A DNA stretch of 64,000 bases from an uncultured Oscillospiraceae bacterium (lineage in GTDB: Bacteria > Bacillota > Clostridia > Oscillospirales > Oscillospiraceae): NCBI GenBank assembly GCA_934527315.1, contig CAKTAK010000004.1, forward strand, positions 7,109 through 71,108, read 5' to 3'. Numbering within the stretch: the first letter of the stretch is position 1; each line of letters starts with the position of its first letter. Position numbers and translations under genes: made by a program. The notes beneath the pieces are model-generated. The model made no database searches. It had not been told where the DNA came from and was given only the letters and a program-made list of their open reading frames with translations. This document shows, in pieces, positions 19,051-27,386 of the stretch.

Positions 19051-20409
19051 ATGAACGTTAAAGTGATTAACAACGCACTGCATCAGAAATTCAATGAGTA
19101 CCCCGGTTTCGGTGTTCTGGAAGGCGTGAAAGTTCTCGTCACCGGCACTAACATCGCTGGCCCCTTCGCAGGCTGCCTGATGGCTGAAATGGGCGCAAAG
19201 GTTGTCCAGGCTGAGGCTCCCAACATCCTGTGCCAGACCCGTGGTACCACCGCTTGGTCTCAGAACCACAGAAACGAATACTCCATCACTCTGAACACTG
19301 CTACCGCTCGCGGCAAAGAAGTGTTCCTGAAGGCTATCGAGTGGGCAGACATCTGGATCGAGGCTGGCCGTCCCGGTGGCTACGAGAAACGCGGCTTGTC
19401 CGACGAAGTGTGCTGGGAGCACAACAAAAAGCTGGCTATTGTCCACGTTTCCGGCTACGGCCAGTTCGGCCCCGCTAAGGACAAGGCTTCCTACGACGTT
19501 TCCGGCCAGGCAATGGGCGGCTACATGTACATGAACGGTGTCAGCCCCACTTCCGGCATGCTGAAAGTGAACCCCTACCTGTCCGACTACGTAACCGCTT
19601 ACAACGCTTGCATCGTGGCTCTGGCTGGCTACATCCATGCTAAGAACTTCGGCGAAGGCGATTCCTGCGACGTTGCTCAGTACGACACCATGTTCCGTCT
19701 GCTGGATAACTACCCCGCAGTGTGGTTCAACAAAGGCTATCCCAAACAGGGCGAGCCCGTTCCCTTCCGTACCGGTAACAAGAGCGACCAGGCTTGCTGC
19801 TTCTCCTTCTATGACACCAAAGACGGCGGCGCAATGTTCGTTGCTATCGTTGGCCAGGGCCCTGTGACCCGCGGCTACCCCATCATCGGCATGGGCACCC
19901 CCGGTGTCGATCCCGAAATCCCCGCAGCCTGCACCGGTTTCCCCCTGTTCGATCCTCGCGGCCAGAAGGCTGAGGCTCTGATCACCAAGTTCTGCGCAGA
20001 GCGTACCTGCGACGAGCTGGAAGAGATCTTCACCAAGGCCGGCATCCCCTGCCAGAGAGCTTACACCCCCGCTGACATCGAGAAGGATACTCAGTACGAG
20101 GCACGTGAGAACATCGTTGAGTGGGACGACCAGGTGTTCGGACCCATGAAGGGCATTGGCTGCACTAACATCTTCAAGAAACACCCCTCTCAGATCGTTG
20201 CTTCCGCTCCTACCTTCGGCGAGCACAACCGCGAGTTCCTGGAGTCTCTGGGTTACTCCGCAGCAGAGATCGACGAGATGTATGCTAAGAAGGAAATGGT
20301 CACCATGACCGCTGCTGACACCGCTGTCGTGAAGAACCTGGCAGCTTGGGGCTTCTTCTGGGATCCCAAACGTCAGAGCGAGCGTCTGGGTCTGGAGTTC
20401 AAGGGCTAA
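19051..20409 (+). CDS. Family III (CaiB/BaiF-type) acyl-CoA transferase, paralog 1 (highly-expressed-type codon bias)
   Basis: 452 aa. NIAGPFAG, WADIWIEAGRPGGYEKRGLSDEVCWEHNKKLAIVHVSGYGQFGP, GDSCDVAQYD, PFRTGNK. Shares AAGGAAG ribosome-binding site context with paralog 2. Confidence 0.9.
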   Translation: MNVKVINNALHQKFNEYPGFGVLEGVKVLVTGTNIAGPFAGCLMAEMGAKVVQAEAPNILCQTRGTTAWSQNHRNEYSITLNTATARGKEVFLKAIEWADIWIEAGRPGGYEKRGLSDEVCWEHNKKLAIVHVSGYGQFGPAKDKASYDVSGQAMGGYMYMNGVSPTSGMLKVNPYLSDYVTAYNACIVALAGYIHAKNFGEGDSCDVAQYDTMFRLLDNYPAVWFNKGYPKQGEPVPFRTGNKSDQACCFSFYDTKDGGAMFVAIVGQGPVTRGYPIIGMGTPGVDPEIPAACTGFPLFDPRGQKAEALITKFCAERTCDELEEIFTKAGIPCQRAYTPADIEKDTQYEARENIVEWDDQVFGPMKGIGCTNIFKKHPSQIVASAPTFGEHNREFLESLGYSAAEIDEMYAKKEMVTMTAADTAVVKNLAAWGFFWDPKRQSERLGLEFKG

Positions 20410-20438
20410 TCCTTTCTCCAACCAACAGAATTTTACAA

Positions 20439-20469
20439 GGACCGCAGTTTTTGCTGCGGTCCTTTTTTT
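20439..20469 (+). terminator. Rho-independent terminator after CoA-transferase 1
   Basis: GGACCGCAG-tttttg-CTGCGGTCC followed by TTTTTTT. Confidence 0.8.
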
Positions 20470-20586
20470 GTGTTTCCGGGAACGGACATTTTCGGGGAAA
20501 TGTCTGCGTAACCAACATATTGCCATATTCTTAGTTCATACTGCACAAGAATATTTCTGTTTTTTGAGCGGTTTTTGAATTAGTTG

Positions 20587-20615
20587 TTGACATTGACATT
20601 GAAATAACATATAAT
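20587..20615 (+). promoter_or_regulatory. Perfect consensus sigma-A promoter for CoA-transferase 2 (tandem -35 hexamers)
   Basis: TTGACATTGACA ... TATAAT. The first TTGACA is exactly 17 nt from TATAAT. Confidence 0.65.
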
Positions 20616-20674
20616 CAATACAAGCTTTTGGAAGGAAGCTCTTGCAAAACTTAAATTGAAAGGAAGTCATTGCC

Positions 20675-22039
20675 ATGAAAGTATTCAATAATGCTCTGCA
20701 TCAGGATTTTGCAGCTTACCCCCAGTTCGGTGTCCTCCGCGGCGTAAAAGTTTTTATTACCGCTACTAATATTGCCGGTCCTTTCGCCGGTTCTCTGATG
20801 GCCGAAATGGGCGCACAGGTTCTGCGTGCAGAGCATCCGAAAATTGCCTGCTCCACCCGTGGCACAACTGCTTGCTCTCAGCTGCACAGAAACGAGTACT
20901 CCATCACTCTGAACGCAGCAACTGCCCGCGGTAAAGAAGTATTTCTGAAGGCAATTGAATGGGCTGATATTTGGATCGAGGCCGGTCGTCCCGGCGGTTA
21001 TGAGAAACGCGGTCTGTCCGATGAAGTTTGCTGGGAGCACAACAAAAAGCTCTCCATCGTGCACGTTTCCGGTTATGGTCAGTTTGGTCCTTACAAAGAC
21101 AAGGCTTCCTATGACGTATCTGGCCAGGCAATGGGCGGCTACATGTACATGAACGGCGTGAACCCCACTTCCGGTCCTTTGAAAGTCAACCCCTATCTGT
21201 CTGACTATGTGACTGCATACAACGTATGCATTGCTGCAATGGCAGGCCACATCCACGCACTGAAGTACGGCGAAGGCGACTCCTGCGACGTTGCTCAGTA
21301 TGATAACATGTTCCGTCTGCTGGATAACTATCCCGCAGTGTGGTTCAACAAGGGCTATCCCAAAGCAGGCGAGCCCGTTCCCTTCCGCAGCGGCAACAAG
21401 CACGACAGCTCTGCAGGTTTCTCCTTCTACAACACCAAAGACGGCGGCGCAATGTTCGTTGCTATCGTTGGTCAGGGTCCTGTGGAACGCGGATTCCCCA
21501 TCATCGGCATGCCCGCCCCCGGCAGCGGTGAAAAGGTTCCCGGTCTGGACATGGTCGTTGACGCACGTTGCACCGGCTACCCCATCTTCGATCCTCGCGG
21601 TCAGGTAGAAGAAAAGCTGATCGAGCAGTTCTGCGCAGAGCGCACCTGCGATGAGCTGGAGAAGATCTTCACCGAAGCCGGTATCCCCTGCCAGAGAGCT
21701 TACACGCCCGCTGATATCGAGAAGGATCCTCAGTACGAGGCACGTGAGAACATCGTGGAATGGGACGACCAGGTATTCGGACCCATGAAGGGCATTGGTT
21801 TGACCAACATCTTCAAACGGAACCCCTCCGACATCGTTGCATCTGCACCTCTGTTCGGCGAGCACAACCGCGAGGTTCTGTCTGCTTGGGGCTTCTCCGA
21901 TGCTGATATCGACGATATGTACGCTAAGGGCGAGCTGGAAAGCTGGACCGCAGCCGATACCGCACGGAACAAGATGCTGAAAGAGTGGGGCTTCTTCTGG
22001 GATCCCGAGCGTCAGGCAAAGCGCATCGGTCTGGAGTAA
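20675..22039 (+). CDS. Family III (CaiB/BaiF-type) acyl-CoA transferase, paralog 2
   Basis: 454 aa, about 75-80% identical to paralog 1 at the protein level, but with many synonymous differences (more ggt/tat/gat/ttt codons). Confidence 0.9.
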   Translation: MKVFNNALHQDFAAYPQFGVLRGVKVFITATNIAGPFAGSLMAEMGAQVLRAEHPKIACSTRGTTACSQLHRNEYSITLNAATARGKEVFLKAIEWADIWIEAGRPGGYEKRGLSDEVCWEHNKKLSIVHVSGYGQFGPYKDKASYDVSGQAMGGYMYMNGVNPTSGPLKVNPYLSDYVTAYNVCIAAMAGHIHALKYGEGDSCDVAQYDNMFRLLDNYPAVWFNKGYPKAGEPVPFRSGNKHDSSAGFSFYNTKDGGAMFVAIVGQGPVERGFPIIGMPAPGSGEKVPGLDMVVDARCTGYPIFDPRGQVEEKLIEQFCAERTCDELEKIFTEAGIPCQRAYTPADIEKDPQYEARENIVEWDDQVFGPMKGIGLTNIFKRNPSDIVASAPLFGEHNREVLSAWGFSDADIDDMYAKGELESWTAADTARNKMLKEWGFFWDPERQAKRIGLE

Positions 22040-22082
22040 TTTCCCCTCCGCTGTATCAAACAGTCAACAATTGAATACCAAA

Positions 22083-22116
22083 ATTCCCTGCAGTGCTGCT
22101 GCAGGGAATTTTTTTG
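22083..22116 (+). terminator. Rho-independent terminator after CoA-transferase 2
   Basis: ATTCCCTGCAG-tgctg-CTGCAGGGAAT followed by TTTTTTT. Confidence 0.8.
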
Positions 22117-22200
22117 CCTTCGATGGGGATTTCTCTCTTTTATCATTGTCGAATTTGTGATACAGTAGCACTATTCTCGAAAATTGGAGCTGTAAGCCGC

Positions 22201-23544
22201 ATGGAACACGATTTGACCTCCGGAAAGGTATTTCCCACGCTGATTTCTTTCTCTATTCCCTACCTCATATCCTATTTTCTCCAAACCCTGTACGGTATGG
22301 CGGATTTGTTCATCATCGGCCGATTCTGCGCCGTAGAGGCAACCACCGCTGTTTCCATCGGCAGTCAAGTGATGCACATGCTCACGGTCATGATTGTGGG
22401 CCTTGCTATGGGAACCACCGTAAAAATCGGTCATGCCATCGGCAGCGGCGACCGCAGTGAAGTCAACCGCATCATCGGCAATACGGTTGTTCTCTTTGCC
22501 GGTATCGCCGTGGTTTCTCTGGTGTTGCTGTCGAGGTACGTGCGGCCCATCGTTTCTCTGATGTCCACCCCGGAAGAGGCTGCGGTGGGAACGGTAAATT
22601 ACCTGCTGATTTGTTTCATCGGGATTCCCTTTGTGATGGCATATAATATCATCAGCTCTATTTTCCGCGGGTTGGGCGATTCCAAAACACCTATGTACTT
22701 CGTGACCATTGCCTGCGTGGTGAATATTCTGCTGGACTATCTGTTCATCGGCGGGTGTGGTCTGGGTCCCGCCGGCGCCGCTTTGGGAACGACCCTTGCC
22801 CAAGGCGTGAGCGTCATTCTGGCTTTGATTTACATTCGGAAAATGAACAAAATCTCCGGGTTTTCCCGGGCGGATTTCCGCCCCCAAAAGGAAACGCTCC
22901 TGCCCATTTTGCAGGTCGGAATCCCCGTAGCCGCGCAAGACGGATTGATTCAGATTTCCTTCCTCCTCATCACCGTTTTTGCCAACCTCCGCGGTCTGAC
23001 CGATGCAGCCGCCGTGGGCATTGTGGAGAAGATTATCAGCTTTCTGTTTTTGATTCCCTCCTCCATGCTCTCCGCTGTATCGGCGCTGGCTGCTCAGAAT
23101 ATCGGTGCCGGAAAGCATGACAGGGTCCGTTTGACCCTGCAATATGCGCTGTGCATCGCCGTGGGCATGGGCTTTGTTTGGGTGATTCTGATGCAATTTG
23201 CCGCAGATTCCGCAGTTGCGCTGTTTACCAAAGACCCGACAGCCATTGCCATGGGCGGCGAGTATATGCGGGGCTACGTTTGGGATTGCGTGTTCGCCGG
23301 GATTCATTTCTGCTTTAGCGGATATTTCTGCGCTTACGGAAAATCGTGGATTTCCTTTCTCCAGAACATTCTCTCCATTGTCCTTGCCCGGGTGCCGTTG
23401 GCATGGTATACCGCAAGATTTTGCTTGGACAGCCTTTTTCCCATGGGTCTGGCTGCTCCCGCCGGCTCCCTGCTGTCGGTGGTCGTTTGCCTGATTGCCT
23501 ACAAGCTGCTACGGAAGAACTCCCCGGAATTGCAGGGAAAATAA
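22201..23544 (+). CDS. MATE-family efflux transporter
   Basis: 447 aa from MEHDLTSGKVFPTLISFSIPYLISYFLQTLYGMADLFIIGRF. About 12 transmembrane helices. The ORF-track start at 22093 is upstream of the terminator and is unlikely. Confidence 0.8.
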   Translation: MEHDLTSGKVFPTLISFSIPYLISYFLQTLYGMADLFIIGRFCAVEATTAVSIGSQVMHMLTVMIVGLAMGTTVKIGHAIGSGDRSEVNRIIGNTVVLFAGIAVVSLVLLSRYVRPIVSLMSTPEEAAVGTVNYLLICFIGIPFVMAYNIISSIFRGLGDSKTPMYFVTIACVVNILLDYLFIGGCGLGPAGAALGTTLAQGVSVILALIYIRKMNKISGFSRADFRPQKETLLPILQVGIPVAAQDGLIQISFLLITVFANLRGLTDAAAVGIVEKIISFLFLIPSSMLSAVSALAAQNIGAGKHDRVRLTLQYALCIAVGMGFVWVILMQFAADSAVALFTKDPTAIAMGGEYMRGYVWDCVFAGIHFCFSGYFCAYGKSWISFLQNILSIVLARVPLAWYTARFCLDSLFPMGLAAPAGSLLSVVVCLIAYKLLRKNSPELQGK

Positions 23545-23609
23545 AAAAAATCCCAACACAAAAGCGCCCCGCTTTCTGATACGAAAGCGAGGCGCTTGTT
23601 CTATTCCGT

Positions 23610-23837
23610 TTACTTTTTCTTCGGCACCGCAACAGCCTGCAATTTCTGATTCACGGTTTCCAACTGTTCCGGGGAGAGATTCCATTGGGGGAACTGGCTC
23701 AAGGTCGCAAAAGACATCCCCAGCGTCATCTGGAAGGAAGGGGTCCGAAACAGCTTCGGCAGATACTCCTCCAATATGGCGCGGGTCTCCGCATTTTCAT
23801 ATAAATCCTTGATTCTGGAATGGACTGAAAAGTTCAT
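23610..23837 (-). CDS. Small hypothetical protein
   Basis: 75 aa ORF with no recognisable motif. The coding call is uncertain. Confidence 0.35.
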   Translation of the reverse strand: MNFSVHSRIKDLYENAETRAILEEYLPKLFRTPSFQMTLGMSFATLSQFPQWNLSPEQLETVNQKLQAVAVPKKK

Positions 23838-24035
23838 AACAGCCTCCCGTTTTCCTTTTTTACCAGTTCTGAGAATACAAAGATTTTACCACTTTGTAAC
23901 TATTATGTCAACGAATTTTTCCACATTTTTGTGGAAAAGCCGAACGAATTCGTCGCTTTTTCGGCTACTTTCAGCCCTTATCCCCCACTTTTTCAACATT
24001 TTCGCGGAAAACCGTTACAAAGTTTTCAACTTTTA

Positions 24036-25253
24036 TCAAATCAACAAACCGTAACGATTCACCAACGGCAGCAACTCCTCTTCCGACAAGCCGCCCTCGT
24101 ACAGCGCCCGACCCTGATACACCCGCAACGCAGCCTCCAACAGGTCTGCGCTGTCGCAAACCAGACACAGCGGTTTGGAAAACAGATACTGCACGTCCGC
24201 CAATGCGTCCACGTCTTCCCAGCTGTCAACCGCCACAGCCACCATAGGGAATCCGTCCTCCATGGCGTCGGTCAAATCCTCTTCCAACGTGTCGCTGCAC
24301 CGGAGCACCGGACCGTGGTCTGCATCTACCGGAAGGCAGAACACCTGCTTTTCCGTGGCAGCGGTGAGCTCGTCCGTATGCATGGGTGCGGGAGGTACAA
24401 ATTCCGCCCCCTCCAATGCCCGATTCAGTGCCGCAAGGTGGGTTGCGTCGGTGCCGCAGCAGCCGCCGAAGAATCCCACACCGGCAGCCAACATCTCCGG
24501 CACATACGAGGCAAACTTCTCCGGCGGGAAGTTGTAAACCGCTTTTCCCTCCGACATATCCGGCAGACCGGCATTGGGTTTTGCCATCAGTGGCACCCGG
24601 GCAAATTCCCGCAGCCGCTGCACCTGCACCACCATCGTTCCGATATCCGACAGGCAGTTCAAGCCGAAAGCGTCTACCCCCATGCCCTGGAGCACCGTCA
24701 GCGCTGCGGTCACGTCCGTACCGGACAGACTCCGTCCGTTTTCATCGCAGGTAAAGGACACCAAAATGGGTTTATCGGACACGCTGCGCACCGCCAACAC
24801 CGCTGCCCGGGCATCGGGCAGGGTCATCATGGTTTCAATCACGAACAAGTCCACCCCCGCTGATGCAAGTCCCGCAGCCTGTTCCGTGTAAATATCCACC
24901 AATTCTTCAAACGAGGCGGTGCCCATGGGAGAAAGGAACAGTCCCGTGGGCGCAATGTCCCCCGCAATCCATGCGCTGTTTCCCAAAGCCGACCGGCTCA
25001 AACCCACCAGACGGGCATTGTACTCCTCGGTTTGATTAAATATGCCCCGCTCCTCCAATTTCTGCCGATTGGCGCCGAATGTGGGCGCGTAAACAATGCG
25101 GCTGCCGGCTGCCACATAACTCTGCTGAATCTCTGCCAGCGCCGCCGGGTGCTCCAACAGCCATTGCTCCGTGCTAATCTCGCCGGTATATCCCCGGACC
25201 TGCGCCGCGGTACCCATGGCGCCGTCCAATAGAACGGGAAAACGCAATTCCAT
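24036..25253 (-). CDS. Homocysteine S-methyltransferase-family (zinc/thiol methyltransferase) protein with an extra C-terminal region of about 110 aa
   Basis: MELRFPVLLDGAMGT.. with the zinc motif FFGGCCGTDATH. A GGAGGA ribosome-binding site is present. It lies 4 nt downstream of the RACo gene. Confidence 0.8.
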   Translation of the reverse strand: MELRFPVLLDGAMGTAAQVRGYTGEISTEQWLLEHPAALAEIQQSYVAAGSRIVYAPTFGANRQKLEERGIFNQTEEYNARLVGLSRSALGNSAWIAGDIAPTGLFLSPMGTASFEELVDIYTEQAAGLASAGVDLFVIETMMTLPDARAAVLAVRSVSDKPILVSFTCDENGRSLSGTDVTAALTVLQGMGVDAFGLNCLSDIGTMVVQVQRLREFARVPLMAKPNAGLPDMSEGKAVYNFPPEKFASYVPEMLAAGVGFFGGCCGTDATHLAALNRALEGAEFVPPAPMHTDELTAATEKQVFCLPVDADHGPVLRCSDTLEEDLTDAMEDGFPMVAVAVDSWEDVDALADVQYLFSKPLCLVCDSADLLEAALRVYQGRALYEGGLSEEELLPLVNRYGLLI

Positions 25254-25271
25254 GCCTGATTCCTCCAAACT

Positions 25272-26774
25272 TCAAAATGTCATTGATTCCGTAAAGGCGT
25301 CCGTAAAAGCCGGATTGCCCGAAAGTTCCAAATAGCTGCACTGCCGTGCAATTTCCTGCAATTTTCCGCCGTATTGACGGTCCAGTGCCACCATGGACGC
25401 ACCGGCTAAAGCCGTGTTGCCCAAAGTGCGGCAGCGGTCCGCCAACGCCCGGGGCAGCATACCGATTGCCGCCGCGCTGTCGGGGTCCATATAGCTGCCA
25501 AAACCCCCGGCCAGATACAGCCCGTCCACCTGCTCCGGGGAGATGCCCCGCTGCCGGAGCAGCACCTGAATCCCGCCGGCTACCGCGGCTTTTGCCAGCT
25601 GCAAATTCCGCACGTCCTCCGCCGTAAGATACACCTCCGGCGTCAGATAAAACCGTCCGTTGCCATGGTCATCGGATTCCACATAACGGCGGGCCGCCGC
25701 CGGAACTTCGTCTTTCGGCAGCAGCCGCCCGCTCTCGTCAATGATTCCCAGCTGCCGCAGCTGCGCTGCCAAATCCAGCAGACCGGAGCCGCAAATGCCC
25801 TTTGCCGTACCACCGCCGATGACTTCATACAGAAATCCCCGGTCATACCGCACCCGGCTCACCGCACCGGAAATGCCCGGCATGCCGCAGGTGATGCCCG
25901 CGCCCTCAAACGCCGGACCGGAGGCCACAGCACAGCAGGAAAATCCCTCTTTCCCGCCCAAAGCCATTTCTCCGTTGGTGCCGATGTCCAAAAAGAGGAA
26001 GTTGCCGGATTTCTCATACAATCCCGAGACCAGCAGACCGGCTGTAATGTCGCCGCCCACGTACCCCGCCACGCAGGGCGCATAGGTCAGCGGCACTCCG
26101 CAAAGTGTTTCCCCCCGGGGCGTATCAAACAGCGTTTCCGGGTGAAAGGGCGCTGCCGCGATTCCCGTCACGGGCAATCCGGCAAACAAATGCTGCATCA
26201 CCGTATTCCCCGCCACCACGATTTCCTGCAATTCATGGACGGATTCCCCTCCGCGGGTCAGAATGTCTTCCAACAGCTGCCAGACCTGCGCCCGAATTTT
26301 TTCGGACAGCTCTTCCAAGCCGCTTTCCCGCTCCATGGTGTACTGAATCCGGCTGATGACATCGCCGCCGTAAGGCGCCTGCAGGTTCCATGCACCTCTT
26401 TCGCCCAAAAGGGCGCCGGTTGCCCGGTCATACACCCGGACTGCCACTGTGGTGGTTCCCAAATCCACCGCCGCGCCCCAGCCGGTTCTCCCCGGTTCAC
26501 ATGAAGGCAGGGCAACGGTTTCCGTCAAAATAACACCGCCCATAGATGCGGGCAGGTCAATCACATCTCCCCCTTTGGGAATCAGCTTGCAGGCCAATCG
26601 GGGTACACCGTTCACCGGAACCCGGCATTTTCCGCACCGCCCCCGGCCGCCGCAAGCCGCCGGAATGGAGTATCCCGCGCTCCGCAGCACCGACAGCAGC
26701 GTTTCTCCCTCTTCCAACGGCACAAGCCGGATTTCACTCCCCTGCCGAACCTGAATACTTGACACGAACACCAC
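25272..26774 (-). CDS. Reductive activator of corrinoid protein (RACo/RamA-like): N-terminal 2Fe-2S ferredoxin plus ASKHA ATPase domain
   Basis: 500 aa. The cysteine cluster CGGRGRCGKCRV..C matches a plant-type ferredoxin. ASKHA motifs DLGTTTV and DIGTNGE are present. Confidence 0.8.
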   Translation of the reverse strand: MVFVSSIQVRQGSEIRLVPLEEGETLLSVLRSAGYSIPAACGGRGRCGKCRVPVNGVPRLACKLIPKGGDVIDLPASMGGVILTETVALPSCEPGRTGWGAAVDLGTTTVAVRVYDRATGALLGERGAWNLQAPYGGDVISRIQYTMERESGLEELSEKIRAQVWQLLEDILTRGGESVHELQEIVVAGNTVMQHLFAGLPVTGIAAAPFHPETLFDTPRGETLCGVPLTYAPCVAGYVGGDITAGLLVSGLYEKSGNFLFLDIGTNGEMALGGKEGFSCCAVASGPAFEGAGITCGMPGISGAVSRVRYDRGFLYEVIGGGTAKGICGSGLLDLAAQLRQLGIIDESGRLLPKDEVPAAARRYVESDDHGNGRFYLTPEVYLTAEDVRNLQLAKAAVAGGIQVLLRQRGISPEQVDGLYLAGGFGSYMDPDSAAAIGMLPRALADRCRTLGNTALAGASMVALDRQYGGKLQEIARQCSYLELSGNPAFTDAFTESMTF

Positions 26775-26843
26775 CCGCCAATATAATGAATGTAAATTTC
26801 ATTTTACGCAGAAACCAATCGGATTGTCAAGAGGCATCGAACC

Positions 26844-27380
26844 ATGGAAGAAATTCTGAAACTGGCCCGGGAGAACGGTTTTACCCACTTCGGCCCGGTG
26901 AATTACGGCGCACTGATTCCCCTGCCGGAGGTACGGGATATGTGCGCAGCAGACCGCTGCGGGAAATACGGGAAAAGCTGGTCCTGCCCGCCGGCCTGCG
27001 GAACCTTGCAGGAGGCATCGGCGGCCATTGCCCGGTATTCCCGCGGGGTTCTGGTGCAAACCACGGGCGCGCTGTCCGATTCCTTTGATTATGACGGTAT
27101 GACCGCCCTTTCCCAAGCCCATCGGCAGCGCTTTTCCAACTTTGCCCGGCAGGTGCGGTTTCTGTTTCCGGATTGCCTGCCCCTGACTGCCGGTGCCTGC
27201 AATCTCTGCAAAAAATGTACCTATCCCGGAAAGCCCTGCCGGTTCCCGGACAAGCGGTTGGCCTCTATGGAGGCTTACGGGCTGTTTGTCAGCGATATCT
27301 GCGTCCAATCCGGGCTGCAATACAATTACGGTCCCAACACTTTGACGTACACATCTTGTGTGCTGTTTTCCGAGAGGTGA
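26844..27380 (+). CDS. DUF2284-type predicted metal-binding protein (Cys-rich)
   Basis: 178 aa with CGKYGKSWSCPPAC..CNLCKKC..C. Proteins of this family are typically found beside corrinoid methyltransferase genes. Confidence 0.65.
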   Translation: MEEILKLARENGFTHFGPVNYGALIPLPEVRDMCAADRCGKYGKSWSCPPACGTLQEASAAIARYSRGVLVQTTGALSDSFDYDGMTALSQAHRQRFSNFARQVRFLFPDCLPLTAGACNLCKKCTYPGKPCRFPDKRLASMEAYGLFVSDICVQSGLQYNYGPNTLTYTSCVLFSER

Positions 27381-27386
27381 ATCCCA

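Noticed and set aside
13022-22039. Calling the island a bona fide bai (bile acid 7-alpha-dehydroxylation) operon
   Set aside because: Only BaiB-, BaiA- and BaiF-like functions are present. There are no BaiCD/BaiH flavin oxidoreductases and no BaiE/BaiI dehydratases. SDR and CaiB/BaiF-family similarity is generic, so the specific assignment is not justified.
22093-22200. Upstream extension of the MATE gene to the ORF-track start at 22093
   Set aside because: The extension overlaps the terminator hairpin of the preceding gene. Typical MATE N-terminal sequence begins at MEHDLTSGK (22201).
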